From positions 96,001 through 160,000 of the forward strand of contig CAVUPH010000020.1 in NCBI GenBank assembly GCA_963743305.1: DNA of 64,000 nucleotides. Direction: 5' to 3'. The notes under the pieces are model-generated. The model was not told the DNA's origin, did no database searches, and saw only the letters and a list, made by a program, of their open reading frames with translations. Made by a program: the position numbers and the translations under genes. This stretch comes from an uncultured delta proteobacterium. GTDB taxonomy: Bacteria > Desulfobacterota > RBG-13-43-22. Positions 53,825 to 63,742 of the stretch are shown one piece after another; position 1 is the first letter of the stretch; every line of letters begins with the position of its first letter.

Positions 53825-55003
53825 CTAATCGGAAAAAGCCCTCAGATATTGGCCCTCCCTTTTCAGAAAGCGGGGAACGATTTCCCCCGGGAGTTCCTTC
53901 TCCCGATACTCAATGGTTACCCGATCCCCCGGGCGTTGGTTTCGGTCCAGATAGGCCAGGCCGATAGCCCGGATAAAGGTTTCTTCCCCGGGTCGGGACC
54001 CGTCGAATTCCCAGGCGGGGACCATCGTTCCGCTGGTCAATTCCCCCACTATCCGATCGTTAAATCGAACGGTCGATCCCTGCCGAATCATGCCTTTTCC
54101 CCGTACCTGCACTTTCATAATCCTCCGGGGGACCAGGCTGAACGCCTCTGACCCTAGTTCCGCCGCCTGGGCGGCCAGGGCCTCCCGGCCCGGGAAATCA
54201 CTCCGCTCCCGGGTCAGGCTTACGCCGCGCAGCGCCTGGGGTAAAGAAAGTAGAGGCCGCTCCGGGCGGAGTTCCTGCCCGTACAGCGGCAACCCGGCCT
54301 CCAGGCGCAGGGTGTCGCGGGCGCCCAAACCGGCGGGAAGGACACCCAGGGAATCCCCGGTCTTGACCAGGGTATCCCAAAAAGCACCCAAGGCATCGGT
54401 TGGAAGCATTACTTCGAAGCCGACCGGTTCACCGGTGTAACCGGTTCGGGCGGTCAGCAATTCCAGCTTCCGCCAGCGAGACGTGGCGGTATGGCCGAAC
54501 CCGGAGGGGGGGAGCCCTTCCACCCCTGACGCGGCTAGAAGCGCCTCGCTCTTTGGGCCCTGAACGGCCACCATCGACAACTCGGCGGTGACATCTTGAA
54601 GTCCCTTCTCGGATCCCGCTTGTCGGTTAAGGATTTCCCAGTCCCTTTCCCGGTTGGCCGCGTTGACCACCAGCAGCGTTTTTTCCGGTGTGAATTGATA
54701 GAGGTAGGCATCGTCCAGCGGCCGCCCCTGCTCATCGGAAAACAGGGTGTATTGAGAAAAACCCGGTCGTAGACGGGAAGCGTCGTTGGTCAAGGTCCGG
54801 GTAAGGAGGGCCAACCCCTCCGGCCCTTTGATTAGGAAGCGGCCCAGGTGGCTGATATCGAACAGGGCGCCGAATTTCCGGCAGGCCAGGTGCTCGGCGA
54901 GGATGCCGGGAGGATAGCTGACCGGCAAGCTCCATCCGGCGAATTCGGCCATTCGCCCCTTATGGGCCTCATGCCAGGCATCCAGGGGAGTACGGTGAAC
55001 CAA
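53825..55003 (-). CDS. gcvT: Glycine cleavage aminomethyltransferase
   Basis: FDISHLG, RTGYTGE, GLGARDTLRLEAGL. Confidence 0.95.
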   Translation of the reverse strand: MVHRTPLDAWHEAHKGRMAEFAGWSLPVSYPPGILAEHLACRKFGALFDISHLGRFLIKGPEGLALLTRTLTNDASRLRPGFSQYTLFSDEQGRPLDDAYLYQFTPEKTLLVVNAANRERDWEILNRQAGSEKGLQDVTAELSMVAVQGPKSEALLAASGVEGLPPSGFGHTATSRWRKLELLTARTGYTGEPVGFEVMLPTDALGAFWDTLVKTGDSLGVLPAGLGARDTLRLEAGLPLYGQELRPERPLLSLPQALRGVSLTRERSDFPGREALAAQAAELGSEAFSLVPRRIMKVQVRGKGMIRQGSTVRFNDRIVGELTSGTMVPAWEFDGSRPGEETFIRAIGLAYLDRNQRPGDRVTIEYREKELPGEIVPRFLKREGQYLRAFSD

Positions 55004-55030
55004 TAGGACCTCCCTTCTTGCGGGGAAAGA

Positions 55031-55561
55031 CTATTTGAACTTCGAGATGGCCGCTTTGAGGGCCTTTTCCACCTCTTTCCAGGCGCCCTCGATCCCCGTC
55101 TTCAGGTCTTCCCAGGCCCCTCCCGATGACTGGTGGAGTTCATCCAACTTGGCGCGAGCGTTTTTCTGTTTGACTTGCAGGTCGTCGATCAGTTTGCGGT
55201 ATTCGTTTTTGGCCTCAGCGGCCGCCTGTTCCGCTTTAGCCTTCAGCCGGTCAATTTCCGGCTTCCATTCGTCAAATTGGGCCTGTAACCGTTGAATGTA
55301 GACTTCCTTTAAACCGGGCGGCTCTTTTCCTTCAAAAGGGTTATACCCAGGCTTTTTGTACAAGCGGGCCTCGTTCCCTAGTATGTCCGGGCGATAGACC
55401 TTTTCGGCCCATTCGGAAGGTTCCACCTCCTCAAAGGCTACCGACACGGTCTTTTCTTCACAAACGGCAATCTCCATGACCTCTCGGGTGACGGCCTCGG
55501 CCAGCCGTTTCTTCTGGTCCTCGGTCCGGCCGGGATGCAGTTTAATGATTACATGTGGCAT
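55031..55561 (-). CDS. 4-oxalocrotonate tautomerase-like domain fused to a coiled-coil domain
   Basis: N-terminal Pro (MPHVIIK), GRTEDQK, YKKPGY; C-terminal AWEDLKTGIEGAW. Confidence 0.8.
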   Translation of the reverse strand: MPHVIIKLHPGRTEDQKKRLAEAVTREVMEIAVCEEKTVSVAFEEVEPSEWAEKVYRPDILGNEARLYKKPGYNPFEGKEPPGLKEVYIQRLQAQFDEWKPEIDRLKAKAEQAAAEAKNEYRKLIDDLQVKQKNARAKLDELHQSSGGAWEDLKTGIEGAWKEVEKALKAAISKFK

Positions 55562-55694
55562 GTGGATGTCCTCCTCTCTTTATTTCATCTATACTAATAC
55601 CACTTCTCTTAATCCATTTCAAATTGTATATTCTTTCCCGGGGGCGCTTTTCGTCTTAAAGTATTTTATGGAAATATTAAGCCAACTAATTAAT

Positions 55695-56570
55695 CTAGCC
55701 AATTTTATAGGCTATGGTGGTCTTACTGACCCCAGGAATCAACCAACGCCCTTGACTAAACTGGCAGAGCCATTCCCCGGCCCCCCCGAAAAAAAAAGAC
55801 GAAACCCTTCCCAGTCTGGAGGACGGCTTTGTCTTTCCAGAAATATAAGTTTTTATATCAATAAATCCAATAGTTGCAAGTTGTTTTTCAATAAAAAGTT
55901 TAGAAAAATCGAAGAGATGATAAGGGGTGTGATAAAGATCCAAGTTCCGGCTGAAAGGACCCAACAGGCGGACAATCGGGGTGGTATGAGGCCAACGAAG
56001 CAGCACTACTCCCCCCGGCCTTAAGAAACGAAAGACTTCCCGGAGCACCATTAGCGGATCCGGAAGATGTTCGATGACATAAAAGAGCGTTACCGCATCA
56101 TAGCTATTTCCTGGAATTGAAGGATCAGGCAGGGGTGTGGATCGAATATTTAAGCCCGGGAAATGGCTCTGACAATAATTTCGGCCGGGTGGAGATATTT
56201 CGATGCCATCGGCCTGCCAGCCCCTATTGGCCATATATTGAAGAAAAAATCCATATCCGCTGCCCACGTCTAAAATCCTTCCGGGTTTACTCCGTTTTCC
56301 GATAATTTCGGCCGATTTTCGAATCACCTCCTCCTGGGACCGAGACCAGGACTGTATTTCATCCGGTTTCCCGGGCAGGTAGCTCTGATAAGCGGCGGTC
56401 AATTCCCGAGAAGAGGGCTGGGGGGCAATGAAGACTAAGGGACAGAATCCACACTGATAATAGGACCAGGAAGCCTTTTTCGCCACCAGTCGATCGGATG
56501 GAGTTCGGCAAATCGGGCAGGGGGGAGGGAATATTTCTTTATTTTTATTATCAAAATCGATAAAATTCAT
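55695..56570 (-). CDS. Class I SAM-dependent methyltransferase with N-terminal Zn ribbon
   Basis: CPIC/CGFC, ILDVGSGYG, IEHLPDP. Confidence 0.88.
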   Translation of the reverse strand: MNFIDFDNKNKEIFPPPCPICRTPSDRLVAKKASWSYYQCGFCPLVFIAPQPSSRELTAAYQSYLPGKPDEIQSWSRSQEEVIRKSAEIIGKRSKPGRILDVGSGYGFFLQYMANRGWQADGIEISPPGRNYCQSHFPGLNIRSTPLPDPSIPGNSYDAVTLFYVIEHLPDPLMVLREVFRFLRPGGVVLLRWPHTTPIVRLLGPFSRNLDLYHTPYHLFDFSKLFIEKQLATIGFIDIKTYISGKTKPSSRLGRVSSFFFGGAGEWLCQFSQGRWLIPGVSKTTIAYKIG

Positions 56571-56576
56571 ATACTT

Positions 56577-56687
56577 TCGACGCTTCGCCCTTTTTTTGGG
56601 CTAGATACCTCCGCCTATCCGGTCCGACCGACGGGTCTCGGCGAATGGGTTTTCCCAAGGTACTCCGGGCTTCGAATCCGGGCCTAA
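56577..56687 (+). repeat. ~105-nt structured dispersed repeat, copy C
   Basis: Aligns end to end with reverse complement of 8949-9054. Confidence 0.75.
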
Positions 56688-56805
56688 TTTACTAATCTTG
56701 TATGAAGCAGGCCCGAACCCGGAGGCCTTTGACGCCTTTCAGGCCAGCCCTGCCTGTAGACAGATTTGAAAACCCGGGGGCCGGGTTAGACCCTGAAAAG
56801 AAATA

Positions 56806-56898
56806 GGGAAAACCCTTCCGCCGAGACCCGTCGGCCACGGAGGCCAGAATTTAGGTTAATCTACCCTGCATTGTGGCCAGCCACCCAAAAGCGCAAAC
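56806..56898 (-). repeat. Structured dispersed repeat, partial inverted copy D
   Basis: Reverse complement contains CTTTTGGGTGG and GGCCGACGGGTCTCGGCGGAAGGGTTTTCCC. Confidence 0.65.
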
Positions 56899-56972
56899 GA
56901 CCATATTTTCTTGACCGGACCGAGTCAATCCTTTATATCCTAATTCACCTTAGAATGAGAATCAGGTTTTTG

Positions 56973-57716
56973 ATGAAAATATTCTTTTATTATGTCATCT
57001 TTCCTCTCTACCGGCCTTTTTACTTAGTTGCGGTGATTATCGACACCCTGCTGCTCGGCCTTCTGATTATTATTCTTTCACCTTTGGACCCCTCGGGGAA
57101 TTTTGTCCATTATATAGGAAAGTTTTGGTCCAGGCTGAATATTTATCTGGGGTTCTGCCGGGTGAGGGTTCGGGGGAAGGAGTATATAGACCCTGAAAAA
57201 GCGTATATCGTCATGTCTAATCACCAGAGCTTTTTCGATGTTTGCGCCTTGATCGCCTATCTTCCCCTGCAATTACGCTGGGTGGTCAAAGCTGAAATTC
57301 GAAAAATGCCGGTGTTTGGCTATGCCTTGCAGCGTATGGGCCATATTTATGTCGATCGGGCTCGGGGAGAAAGTATCCGCCTGAGCATCGAAAAGGCGAC
57401 CCACAGCGTTAAGGGAAAAACCTCGGTGGCCTTTTTCCCGGAAGGGACGCGCAGCCAGGACGGGAAGCTCTTAAAATTCCGGAAGGGCGGCTTTATCCTG
57501 GCCCAGAAATCCGGTTGTCCGATTTTGCCCATCACCATCAATGGTTCCCGCTTCATGCTGCCGAAAGATACCCTGGATTGGCTGCCCGGTAAAATCGAGA
57601 TCCGTATTCATCAGCCCCTTGAGCGTCCCAGCGCCCTGACTTTGGACGATAGCCTGCTGGCGGTGGAGAAGGCGATCCGGGAGGGACTGGATTTGGATTA
57701 CGGCCGGCGGAGCTGA
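56973..57716 (+). CDS. 1-acyl-sn-glycerol-3-phosphate acyltransferase (PlsC family)
   Basis: NHQSFFD, YVDR, FPEGTRS. Confidence 0.92.
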   Translation: MKIFFYYVIFPLYRPFYLVAVIIDTLLLGLLIIILSPLDPSGNFVHYIGKFWSRLNIYLGFCRVRVRGKEYIDPEKAYIVMSNHQSFFDVCALIAYLPLQLRWVVKAEIRKMPVFGYALQRMGHIYVDRARGESIRLSIEKATHSVKGKTSVAFFPEGTRSQDGKLLKFRKGGFILAQKSGCPILPITINGSRFMLPKDTLDWLPGKIEIRIHQPLERPSALTLDDSLLAVEKAIREGLDLDYGRRS

Positions 57717-57739
57717 AACGTGCTGAAACCTTAAATAAA

Positions 57740-58634
57740 ATGCGATCCCATCCCTTTGACCATTACTTGGCCTATCAAGCCATTATTCAAACGGTGAAAC
57801 GGATACCGCTGCCGTTGGCCTATAGTCTGGCCCGGGGCCTGGCCTCCTTTTTCTTCCTTTTGTTACCTGCTGATCGCCGGAATCTAATCGCCAATTTGAC
57901 GGTGGTTTTTGGGGGGGACACCGCCAAGGCCCGTAAGACCTGCCTCAAGCTTTTTCAGAACTATGGCCAGTATCTTATTGATTATTTTTTGTTACCGAAA
58001 CTTTCGTTTGAAAAGCTGAAAGATTTTTATTCCCCTCAAATTGGAGAGGCTTATTTACACAGCGCCATTCAAAACGGCAGAGGGGCCTTGCTGCTGACCG
58101 GCCATTTGGGCAACTGGGAAATGGGAGGGGTACTTCTGCGATTCATGAATTACCCCCTGAATATTGTCACCCTTCCCCATAACACGCAACGGGCCAATGA
58201 CTTGATCAAAGGCCTGCGACAGGAAAAACAGATCCGGACGATTGAATTGGGAGGGTCTCCACTGGGTCCCCTGAACATTCTGGCGGCTCTTAAAAGAAAT
58301 GAGGTGGTCGCCCTGCTGGCGGACAAGGTTTTCTGGGGTAAGTGCGCCGAAGTCGCTTTTTTCGGGCATAGAGTGGCTTTTCCTTTGGGTCCATATTTGC
58401 TGGCCCAGGCCAGCGGGGCCGCCGTGCTTCCGGTTTTCATGCTCCGGAACCCGAATGGCCGCTATCAGGGATTTATAGAACCGCCTCTGACGATTGGAAC
58501 CGACGCGGAAGAAACTGACCCTGCGGGGGGCGTTGGGGCAATTCGTCGGTCTTTTTGAACGGTACATCCGGCGTTATCCCGACCAATGGTACAATGCCGA
58601 TCGGCTTTTCCCGGAGGCCGAAGGACGTTTCTAA
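57740..58634 (+). CDS. LpxL/PIM-acyltransferase-family lipid acyltransferase (apparent frameshift near 58525)
   Basis: GHLGNWE, LLAD, FFG; IRRYPDQW in an alternate frame ending 58634. Confidence 0.88.
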
Positions 58635-58651
58635 ATTCTGGGGAGGTTGCC

Positions 58652-59953
58652 ATGAGTAGGAAAATTCTAATAATTATGCCCCGCTGGTCGGAAAAAAGCC
58701 TCTGGGGCGTCATGGGTATAAAGTTTCCCTACTTGTCGTTGACCACCTTAGCCGCCCTGACTCCCCCGGATATTGAGGTCCGGATCATGGACGAGAACGT
58801 GGAACCCATTGATTTTGATTACCGTCCTGATTTGGTGGGGATCTCTCTGATGACGCCCCTGGCCCTCAGGGGGTACGAAATCGCCGATCAATTTCGCACT
58901 CGGGGGGTCCCGGTAGTGGTGGGAGGGGTACACGCCACGATGTTGCCGGAAGAGGCGGCGGAGCATGCCGATGCCGTGGTTATCGGCGAAGGGGAAATCC
59001 TTTGGCCTGAGGTGCTGGCCGATTTTAGTAAAGGGGATCTTAAGAAATATTACCTGACCGATCGTCGGGCCCCCTTGAATGCTCTTCCCCTGCCGCGCCG
59101 GGATTTGCTGAGGCGGGGGGCCTACCTTTTCCAAAACACCCTGCAGACCACCCGAGGTTGTCCCAATGACTGTGATTTTTGCTCGGTAACCACCTTTTAC
59201 GGCAACACCTACCGTTTTCGACCGGTGGCTGAGGTGCTCAAGGAGATCGGGGCGCTTAAGGGCAACTTGATTTTTTTTGTCGATGACAATATTATCGGAA
59301 GCAGAACCTATGCCCAGGAACTATTTGAAGGGCTTAAACCGTTAAAAAAACGTTGGGTCAGTCAGGCTACTTTGAACATCTCCCGGGAAGAAAAATTGCT
59401 GGCCCTGGCCCGGGACAGTGGCTGTCTGGGATTGTTCGTGGGCTTTGAATCTTTATCCCAGGAGATCTTAAATGGGTTGGGCAAGTCCTTTTACCGGGTG
59501 GCGCAGTATGAAGCGGCTATCCGCCGCCTCCATGATTACGGTATCGGGATACAGGGGTCCTTTATTTTCGGGAATGACAACGACCCGCCGGACATTTTTT
59601 CCCGGGTGGTTCGGTTTTGCAACCGGAACCGGCTGGAGGCCGTGCTTTTTTCATTATTAACGCCCTTCCCGGGCACCCGGATTTTTCACCAATTGCTTAA
59701 AGAGAACCGGATTCTCCATTTCGATTGGGAAAAATATGATATGAACCATGTGGTCTTTCGGCCCCAAGGGATGGATGCGGAAGCCCTGGAAAAAGGTTTT
59801 TTCGAGGCCTATAAAAAAGTCTATTCGAGCGCTTCTTTGTTAAAACGATTGTTAAAGCCGGCCAAAAGTCTCTTGCTGTTCGGGCCCATGAACTTATCCA
59901 TGCGGCAGTCCTGGAAAAGGATAAGACGCCAGGAAGGGTTGGATCGGACTTGA
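58652..59953 (+). CDS. B12-binding radical SAM protein
   Basis: GGVHAT, GEGE, RGCPNDCDFC, FVDDN, TPFPGT. Confidence 0.92.
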   Translation: MSRKILIIMPRWSEKSLWGVMGIKFPYLSLTTLAALTPPDIEVRIMDENVEPIDFDYRPDLVGISLMTPLALRGYEIADQFRTRGVPVVVGGVHATMLPEEAAEHADAVVIGEGEILWPEVLADFSKGDLKKYYLTDRRAPLNALPLPRRDLLRRGAYLFQNTLQTTRGCPNDCDFCSVTTFYGNTYRFRPVAEVLKEIGALKGNLIFFVDDNIIGSRTYAQELFEGLKPLKKRWVSQATLNISREEKLLALARDSGCLGLFVGFESLSQEILNGLGKSFYRVAQYEAAIRRLHDYGIGIQGSFIFGNDNDPPDIFSRVVRFCNRNRLEAVLFSLLTPFPGTRIFHQLLKENRILHFDWEKYDMNHVVFRPQGMDAEALEKGFFEAYKKVYSSASLLKRLLKPAKSLLLFGPMNLSMRQSWKRIRRQEGLDRT

Positions 59954-61005
59954 ACCCCTTTCGTCTCTTTAAAAAAAGAAACCTCTCCTCGAAACTTCAT
60001 CCGGGGCAGTGCCTGGGTATTCCCCGGGGGATGATGTTTTACCACTTTTTTCCTCTTTGGAAGACATTTTGGAAAAATTTAGGCTTCCCGGTTTTGGTTT
60101 CTCCGGTTTCCACTCCCGAAATGGTGGAAGCCGGCCAGGGGTTGACCCGGAGCGACCTCTGTCTGCCGATTAAAACCTATTTAGGCCATGTGCTCTGGTT
60201 GCGGGAAAAGGTGGACGCCCTTTTTCTCCCCCGACTGGTCAGTATCGAAGCCGGGGCCTATCTCTGCCCCAAGATTTTGGGTCTGAACGACGTGATCCGC
60301 AACGTGATCCCCGACCTGCCTCCCATCCTGGGGCCGATGGTCAACTACAAAGGCCCCCGGCGGGTCACCTTGGAAGAATCCTTTCTCTCTTTGTCGGCGG
60401 ATCTGGGGTTGCCGGTTCGACGAATCAAGGAAGCCTATGCGGGGGCCTTTGAATTTTGGCAGAGGCATCAGAAAGAAGTGGGCGAGGCGCAGGGAATTCC
60501 CCGGGATCTCCTTCCGGAGGATCTGAGGGGAGATCTGGTTCGGTCCCCGGCGGAAGTCCCCAGGTTTCGACTGGGCGTGATCGGCCGGCCGTATCTGCTT
60601 TTTGATCCGGTACTCAGCCACCGATTGATAAAAAGATTGGTCTCCTATTCCTGCGGGATAACTTTTTATGAGGGAATCCCGGCGGCCGAGCGGGAGGCCC
60701 AGGCCGGACACTTGTCCAAGCCGGTGTACTGGAGTCTGGGCCGGGAGCTGGTGGCGGCCTCATTATCCTTCAGCCGCTGGGAAAGGATCGACGGGTTGAT
60801 CAACGTTTCTTCTTTTGCCTGCGGCCAGGACGCCTTTACTTCTTATCTCATCGATCATTATGCCCGCCTGGGTTCCGATAAGCCGGTCTTATCCCTGGTC
60901 CTGGACGAGCATACCTCCGCCGTGGGCCTCCAGACAAGGCTGGAAGCTTTTTTCGATCTATTGGAAAACCGCGCCCGGAAAGGGGAGGAGGTCTCCTGCA
61001 TCTGA
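59950..61005 (+). CDS. DUF2229/2-hydroxyacyl-CoA dehydratase-like subunit
   Basis: GIPR, CLPIK..GH, LCPK, FACGQD, DEHTS..GLQTRLEAF. Confidence 0.85.
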   Translation: MNPFRLFKKRNLSSKLHPGQCLGIPRGMMFYHFFPLWKTFWKNLGFPVLVSPVSTPEMVEAGQGLTRSDLCLPIKTYLGHVLWLREKVDALFLPRLVSIEAGAYLCPKILGLNDVIRNVIPDLPPILGPMVNYKGPRRVTLEESFLSLSADLGLPVRRIKEAYAGAFEFWQRHQKEVGEAQGIPRDLLPEDLRGDLVRSPAEVPRFRLGVIGRPYLLFDPVLSHRLIKRLVSYSCGITFYEGIPAAEREAQAGHLSKPVYWSLGRELVAASLSFSRWERIDGLINVSSFACGQDAFTSYLIDHYARLGSDKPVLSLVLDEHTSAVGLQTRLEAFFDLLENRARKGEEVSCI

Positions 61006-62087
61006 GCATTCCCCATATGGGGCTCCTTTATGTGGGTTATGCCAAAGTTCTGGAAAGTTACGGAGTGCAACTGATCGTTCCGCCCCGGCCCAATCAGGAG
61101 GCATTGCAACTGGGGACCAAGTATTCTCCGGAATGCGCCTGTCTGCCCTTTAAGCAAAACCTGGGGAATATGATCCAGGCCCTGGAACGAGGGGCCACCG
61201 ATATCCTCATGCCCGGGGGTTTCGGCCCCTGCCGCTTCGGCTATTACGCGGTAATCCAGGAAATGATCCTGCGCCAGTTGGGATTTTCCTTTCGCATGGC
61301 CCGGGCCGACGACCCGGACAGCCTGCAGGACATGGTAGCCACGATTAAAGCCATCAGCGGTATCCGGTCCAAGCGGGAAGCCTACCGGATGTTTTTTTTC
61401 ATCCTGGAGAAGTTGGCCGCTCTCGATCATGCGCAGAAGAAATATCTGGAGATCAAACCCCTGGAAGAGGTCCGCGGGGCCGCCGATCGGGTTTTGGAAG
61501 AATCCGTTCAACAGATTGACGGCTGTCTGACCTATCCCCAACTCTTGGCCGCCTGGTTAAGAATCCGACGTCGATTTGCCGCTATCCCTCGGAAACGGAG
61601 GAAATTACTGAAGGTCGGTTTGGTGGGGGAGATCTTCATGCTCCTGGACCCTTTCAGCAACATGAACATCGAGGAAAAATTATCCGGGATGGGGGTTCGG
61701 CTTTCCAAGTCGGTCTGGCTCAGCGACTGGTTGAATGACCGCTTCCGCTTCCGGCCCTTTCGCCGCAATCAGTTTCAACTGGCCTGGAAAAGGGCGCTCG
61801 ATTATATGGAGTTTCCGGCCGGGGGGGAGAGCATCAAATCCGTGGGCAAGACCCTGCAGTATGCCCGGCGGGGGTATGACGGGATCATCCATCTCATGCC
61901 CTTTACCTGCATGCCGGAACTGGTGGCCCAGACCGTTATCGCCCGCATCAGCCGGGATTACCGCCTACCGGTTTTGACCCTGATCTACGATGAACACACC
62001 TCTTCCACCGGACTCCAGACCCGGCTGGAGGCCTTCATCGATCTTCTCTTCCAAAAGCGCCACGGTCGGAACCCCGTCGGGGCTTAG
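60996..62087 (+). CDS. 2-hydroxyacyl-CoA dehydratase-like ('CoA protein activase') subunit
   Basis: IPHMG, CLPFK, GPCRFGYY, PFTCMPE, DEHTS..GLQTRLEAF; possible CTG start. Confidence 0.85.
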   Translation: MHLSIPHMGLLYVGYAKVLESYGVQLIVPPRPNQEALQLGTKYSPECACLPFKQNLGNMIQALERGATDILMPGGFGPCRFGYYAVIQEMILRQLGFSFRMARADDPDSLQDMVATIKAISGIRSKREAYRMFFFILEKLAALDHAQKKYLEIKPLEEVRGAADRVLEESVQQIDGCLTYPQLLAAWLRIRRRFAAIPRKRRKLLKVGLVGEIFMLLDPFSNMNIEEKLSGMGVRLSKSVWLSDWLNDRFRFRPFRRNQFQLAWKRALDYMEFPAGGESIKSVGKTLQYARRGYDGIIHLMPFTCMPELVAQTVIARISRDYRLPVLTLIYDEHTSSTGLQTRLEAFIDLLFQKRHGRNPVGA

Positions 62088-62182
62088 AAACCTCCGTCTT
62101 CAGCCACCGCCAGGAAGTGAGCGGTTATTCTCCGGAACGGTTCCGCAGTGAACCATGGCCCGATCTCCAGCCCAACCCACCC

Positions 62183-62638
62183 TCAACCCTTTTTAGGCGG
62201 GGTCTGGATAATCAGTACCGGTCGCGAGGTCAGCTTCAGAACCCTTTCGGTGACTGAACCGAATACCAATCGCTTCAAACCGGTTTGTCCTTGGGTGGCG
62301 ATGACAATCAGGTCGACCGCTTTCTTGTCCGCCAGATCCACGATCTGGAGGGCCGCTTGCCCGGTGAGGGTCAAAGGGCGGACTTTGACTTTGGCGGGAA
62401 CAACCTTGGCGACCAGTTCCTTCAGTTGCCTCTTGGAACCGCTTTCCGCCTCGTCCAGGTATTGCCGGAGGTAGTTCAGCGGGAAGGTGTCCGCCGCCGA
62501 GATCGTCGGGATGGGCTCCACTACGTTAACCACCAGTAATTCCGAAGAATAATCCAAAGCCATATCGGCGGCCACCTTCAGGGCTCTTGCCGCCGGGGCG
62601 CTGAAATCCGTGGGGCAAAGGATTTTTTTGAATTTCAT
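62183..62638 (-). CDS. Universal stress protein
   Basis: ILCPTDFS, DLIVIAT, FGSVTERV. Confidence 0.93.
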   Translation of the reverse strand: MKFKKILCPTDFSAPAARALKVAADMALDYSSELLVVNVVEPIPTISAADTFPLNYLRQYLDEAESGSKRQLKELVAKVVPAKVKVRPLTLTGQAALQIVDLADKKAVDLIVIATQGQTGLKRLVFGSVTERVLKLTSRPVLIIQTPPKKG

Positions 62639-62744
62639 GAGTTTCTCCCTTCCTTTTAAAAAGATTTAAAAGAGCGTTTTTTATGTTAGATTCTAAATAA
62701 ATTATAGCATACTGACCCGGTACGTCAAAATAAAGGAGGGAAAA

Positions 62745-63062
62745 ATGAAAAAGATCAATTTGTATCAGGCCAATGATTTTGGAGAACTGTCCTTGAAACG
62801 GCTGCTGGTCCACGAGTCTCCGTATTTCAAAATCCTGAATTTTAATTTCAAGGCCGGCCAGTTTTTGCCGGTCCATGCCCACGATATCGAGGGGCAGGTC
62901 TGTCTGGTCGTCCTGGAGGGGTCTGGAAAATTCTTAGGCAAAGACAACACGGAGATGGCGGCGGAAAAGGGGGACGTGCTGATCTGCGATATCAGCGAGC
63001 CCCATGGTCTGGCGGCCGATACGGACTTGCGGTTGCTGGTCACCATCGCCCCCCCCATTTGA
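62745..63062 (+). CDS. Cupin domain protein
   Basis: AGGAGG RBS; PVHAH, VLEGSG, EPHG. Confidence 0.88.
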   Translation: MKKINLYQANDFGELSLKRLLVHESPYFKILNFNFKAGQFLPVHAHDIEGQVCLVVLEGSGKFLGKDNTEMAAEKGDVLICDISEPHGLAADTDLRLLVTIAPPI

Positions 63063-63136
63063 TGAGCCGTATTTATTAGATTAGATTCTTGCTTCCATTG
63101 TTAGAGACAATTTTCCAGAACAATGGAGGCAAGAAT

Positions 63137-63481
63137 CTAATTGCAGGCCCCTTCGTAGTTCGACGAAAGCTGATCGTTGGTCAGTTGCCAACAACCGCCC
63201 ACTTTTTCGAATTTCAGGGTGACCTGGGCCTTGATGCATTGATTATAGCCGGTTCCGCAATTCCAGATGCAGGTCCTGGCCCGATGGTCACCGGAACTAA
63301 AGTCAATGATGTTGCTGGTATCCAGGCAGACCAGGTTTTCGCAGTCGAAACTATAGCGGACTATTTTTTCGCTATTTTTGGAGTCATGGCTGCCTCCGGT
63401 CGAACTGGTGGAACAACCGTAAAGGAAAACCAGACAGATTAAGGCCGCGGTTAAACTGCACCATTTTAAGCGAACGGACAC
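63137..63481 (-). CDS. Cys-rich lipoprotein, hypothetical
   Basis: AAGGAG RBS, lipobox LYGC, Ser/Gly linker, 7 further Cys. Confidence 0.7.
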   Translation of the reverse strand: MSVRLKWCSLTAALICLVFLYGCSTSSTGGSHDSKNSEKIVRYSFDCENLVCLDTSNIIDFSSGDHRARTCIWNCGTGYNQCIKAQVTLKFEKVGGCWQLTNDQLSSNYEGACN

Positions 63482-63742
63482 TTTCTTGCTCCTTTCTGGG
63501 GGGGGTGAAAAGCCATCAACGGTTCCGGATTTATGACCCGTGCGTTATAGGTAAATTTCGGCGATTATAGCACAAACTTTAGAAAATCGTCCACAATCTG
63601 CATAATTTTCCGTATTGAAGAAATATTTTCCGGCTTCTCCTTTGATCCACTAATTCCCATCTGCTCTAAAAAATATATGATATCAGATGGTTGTGTGATG
63701 AAAAGATCCTGGCATGGTTTTTGGAAATAAACAGATTGCCGG

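Noticed and set aside
55003-55030. Glycine riboswitch before gcvT
   Set aside because: Only 27 nt of intergenic space
63710-63725. Sigma54 promoter TGGCATG-N4-TTGGA
   Set aside because: -12 element is GG rather than GC and no plus-strand gene follows in the window
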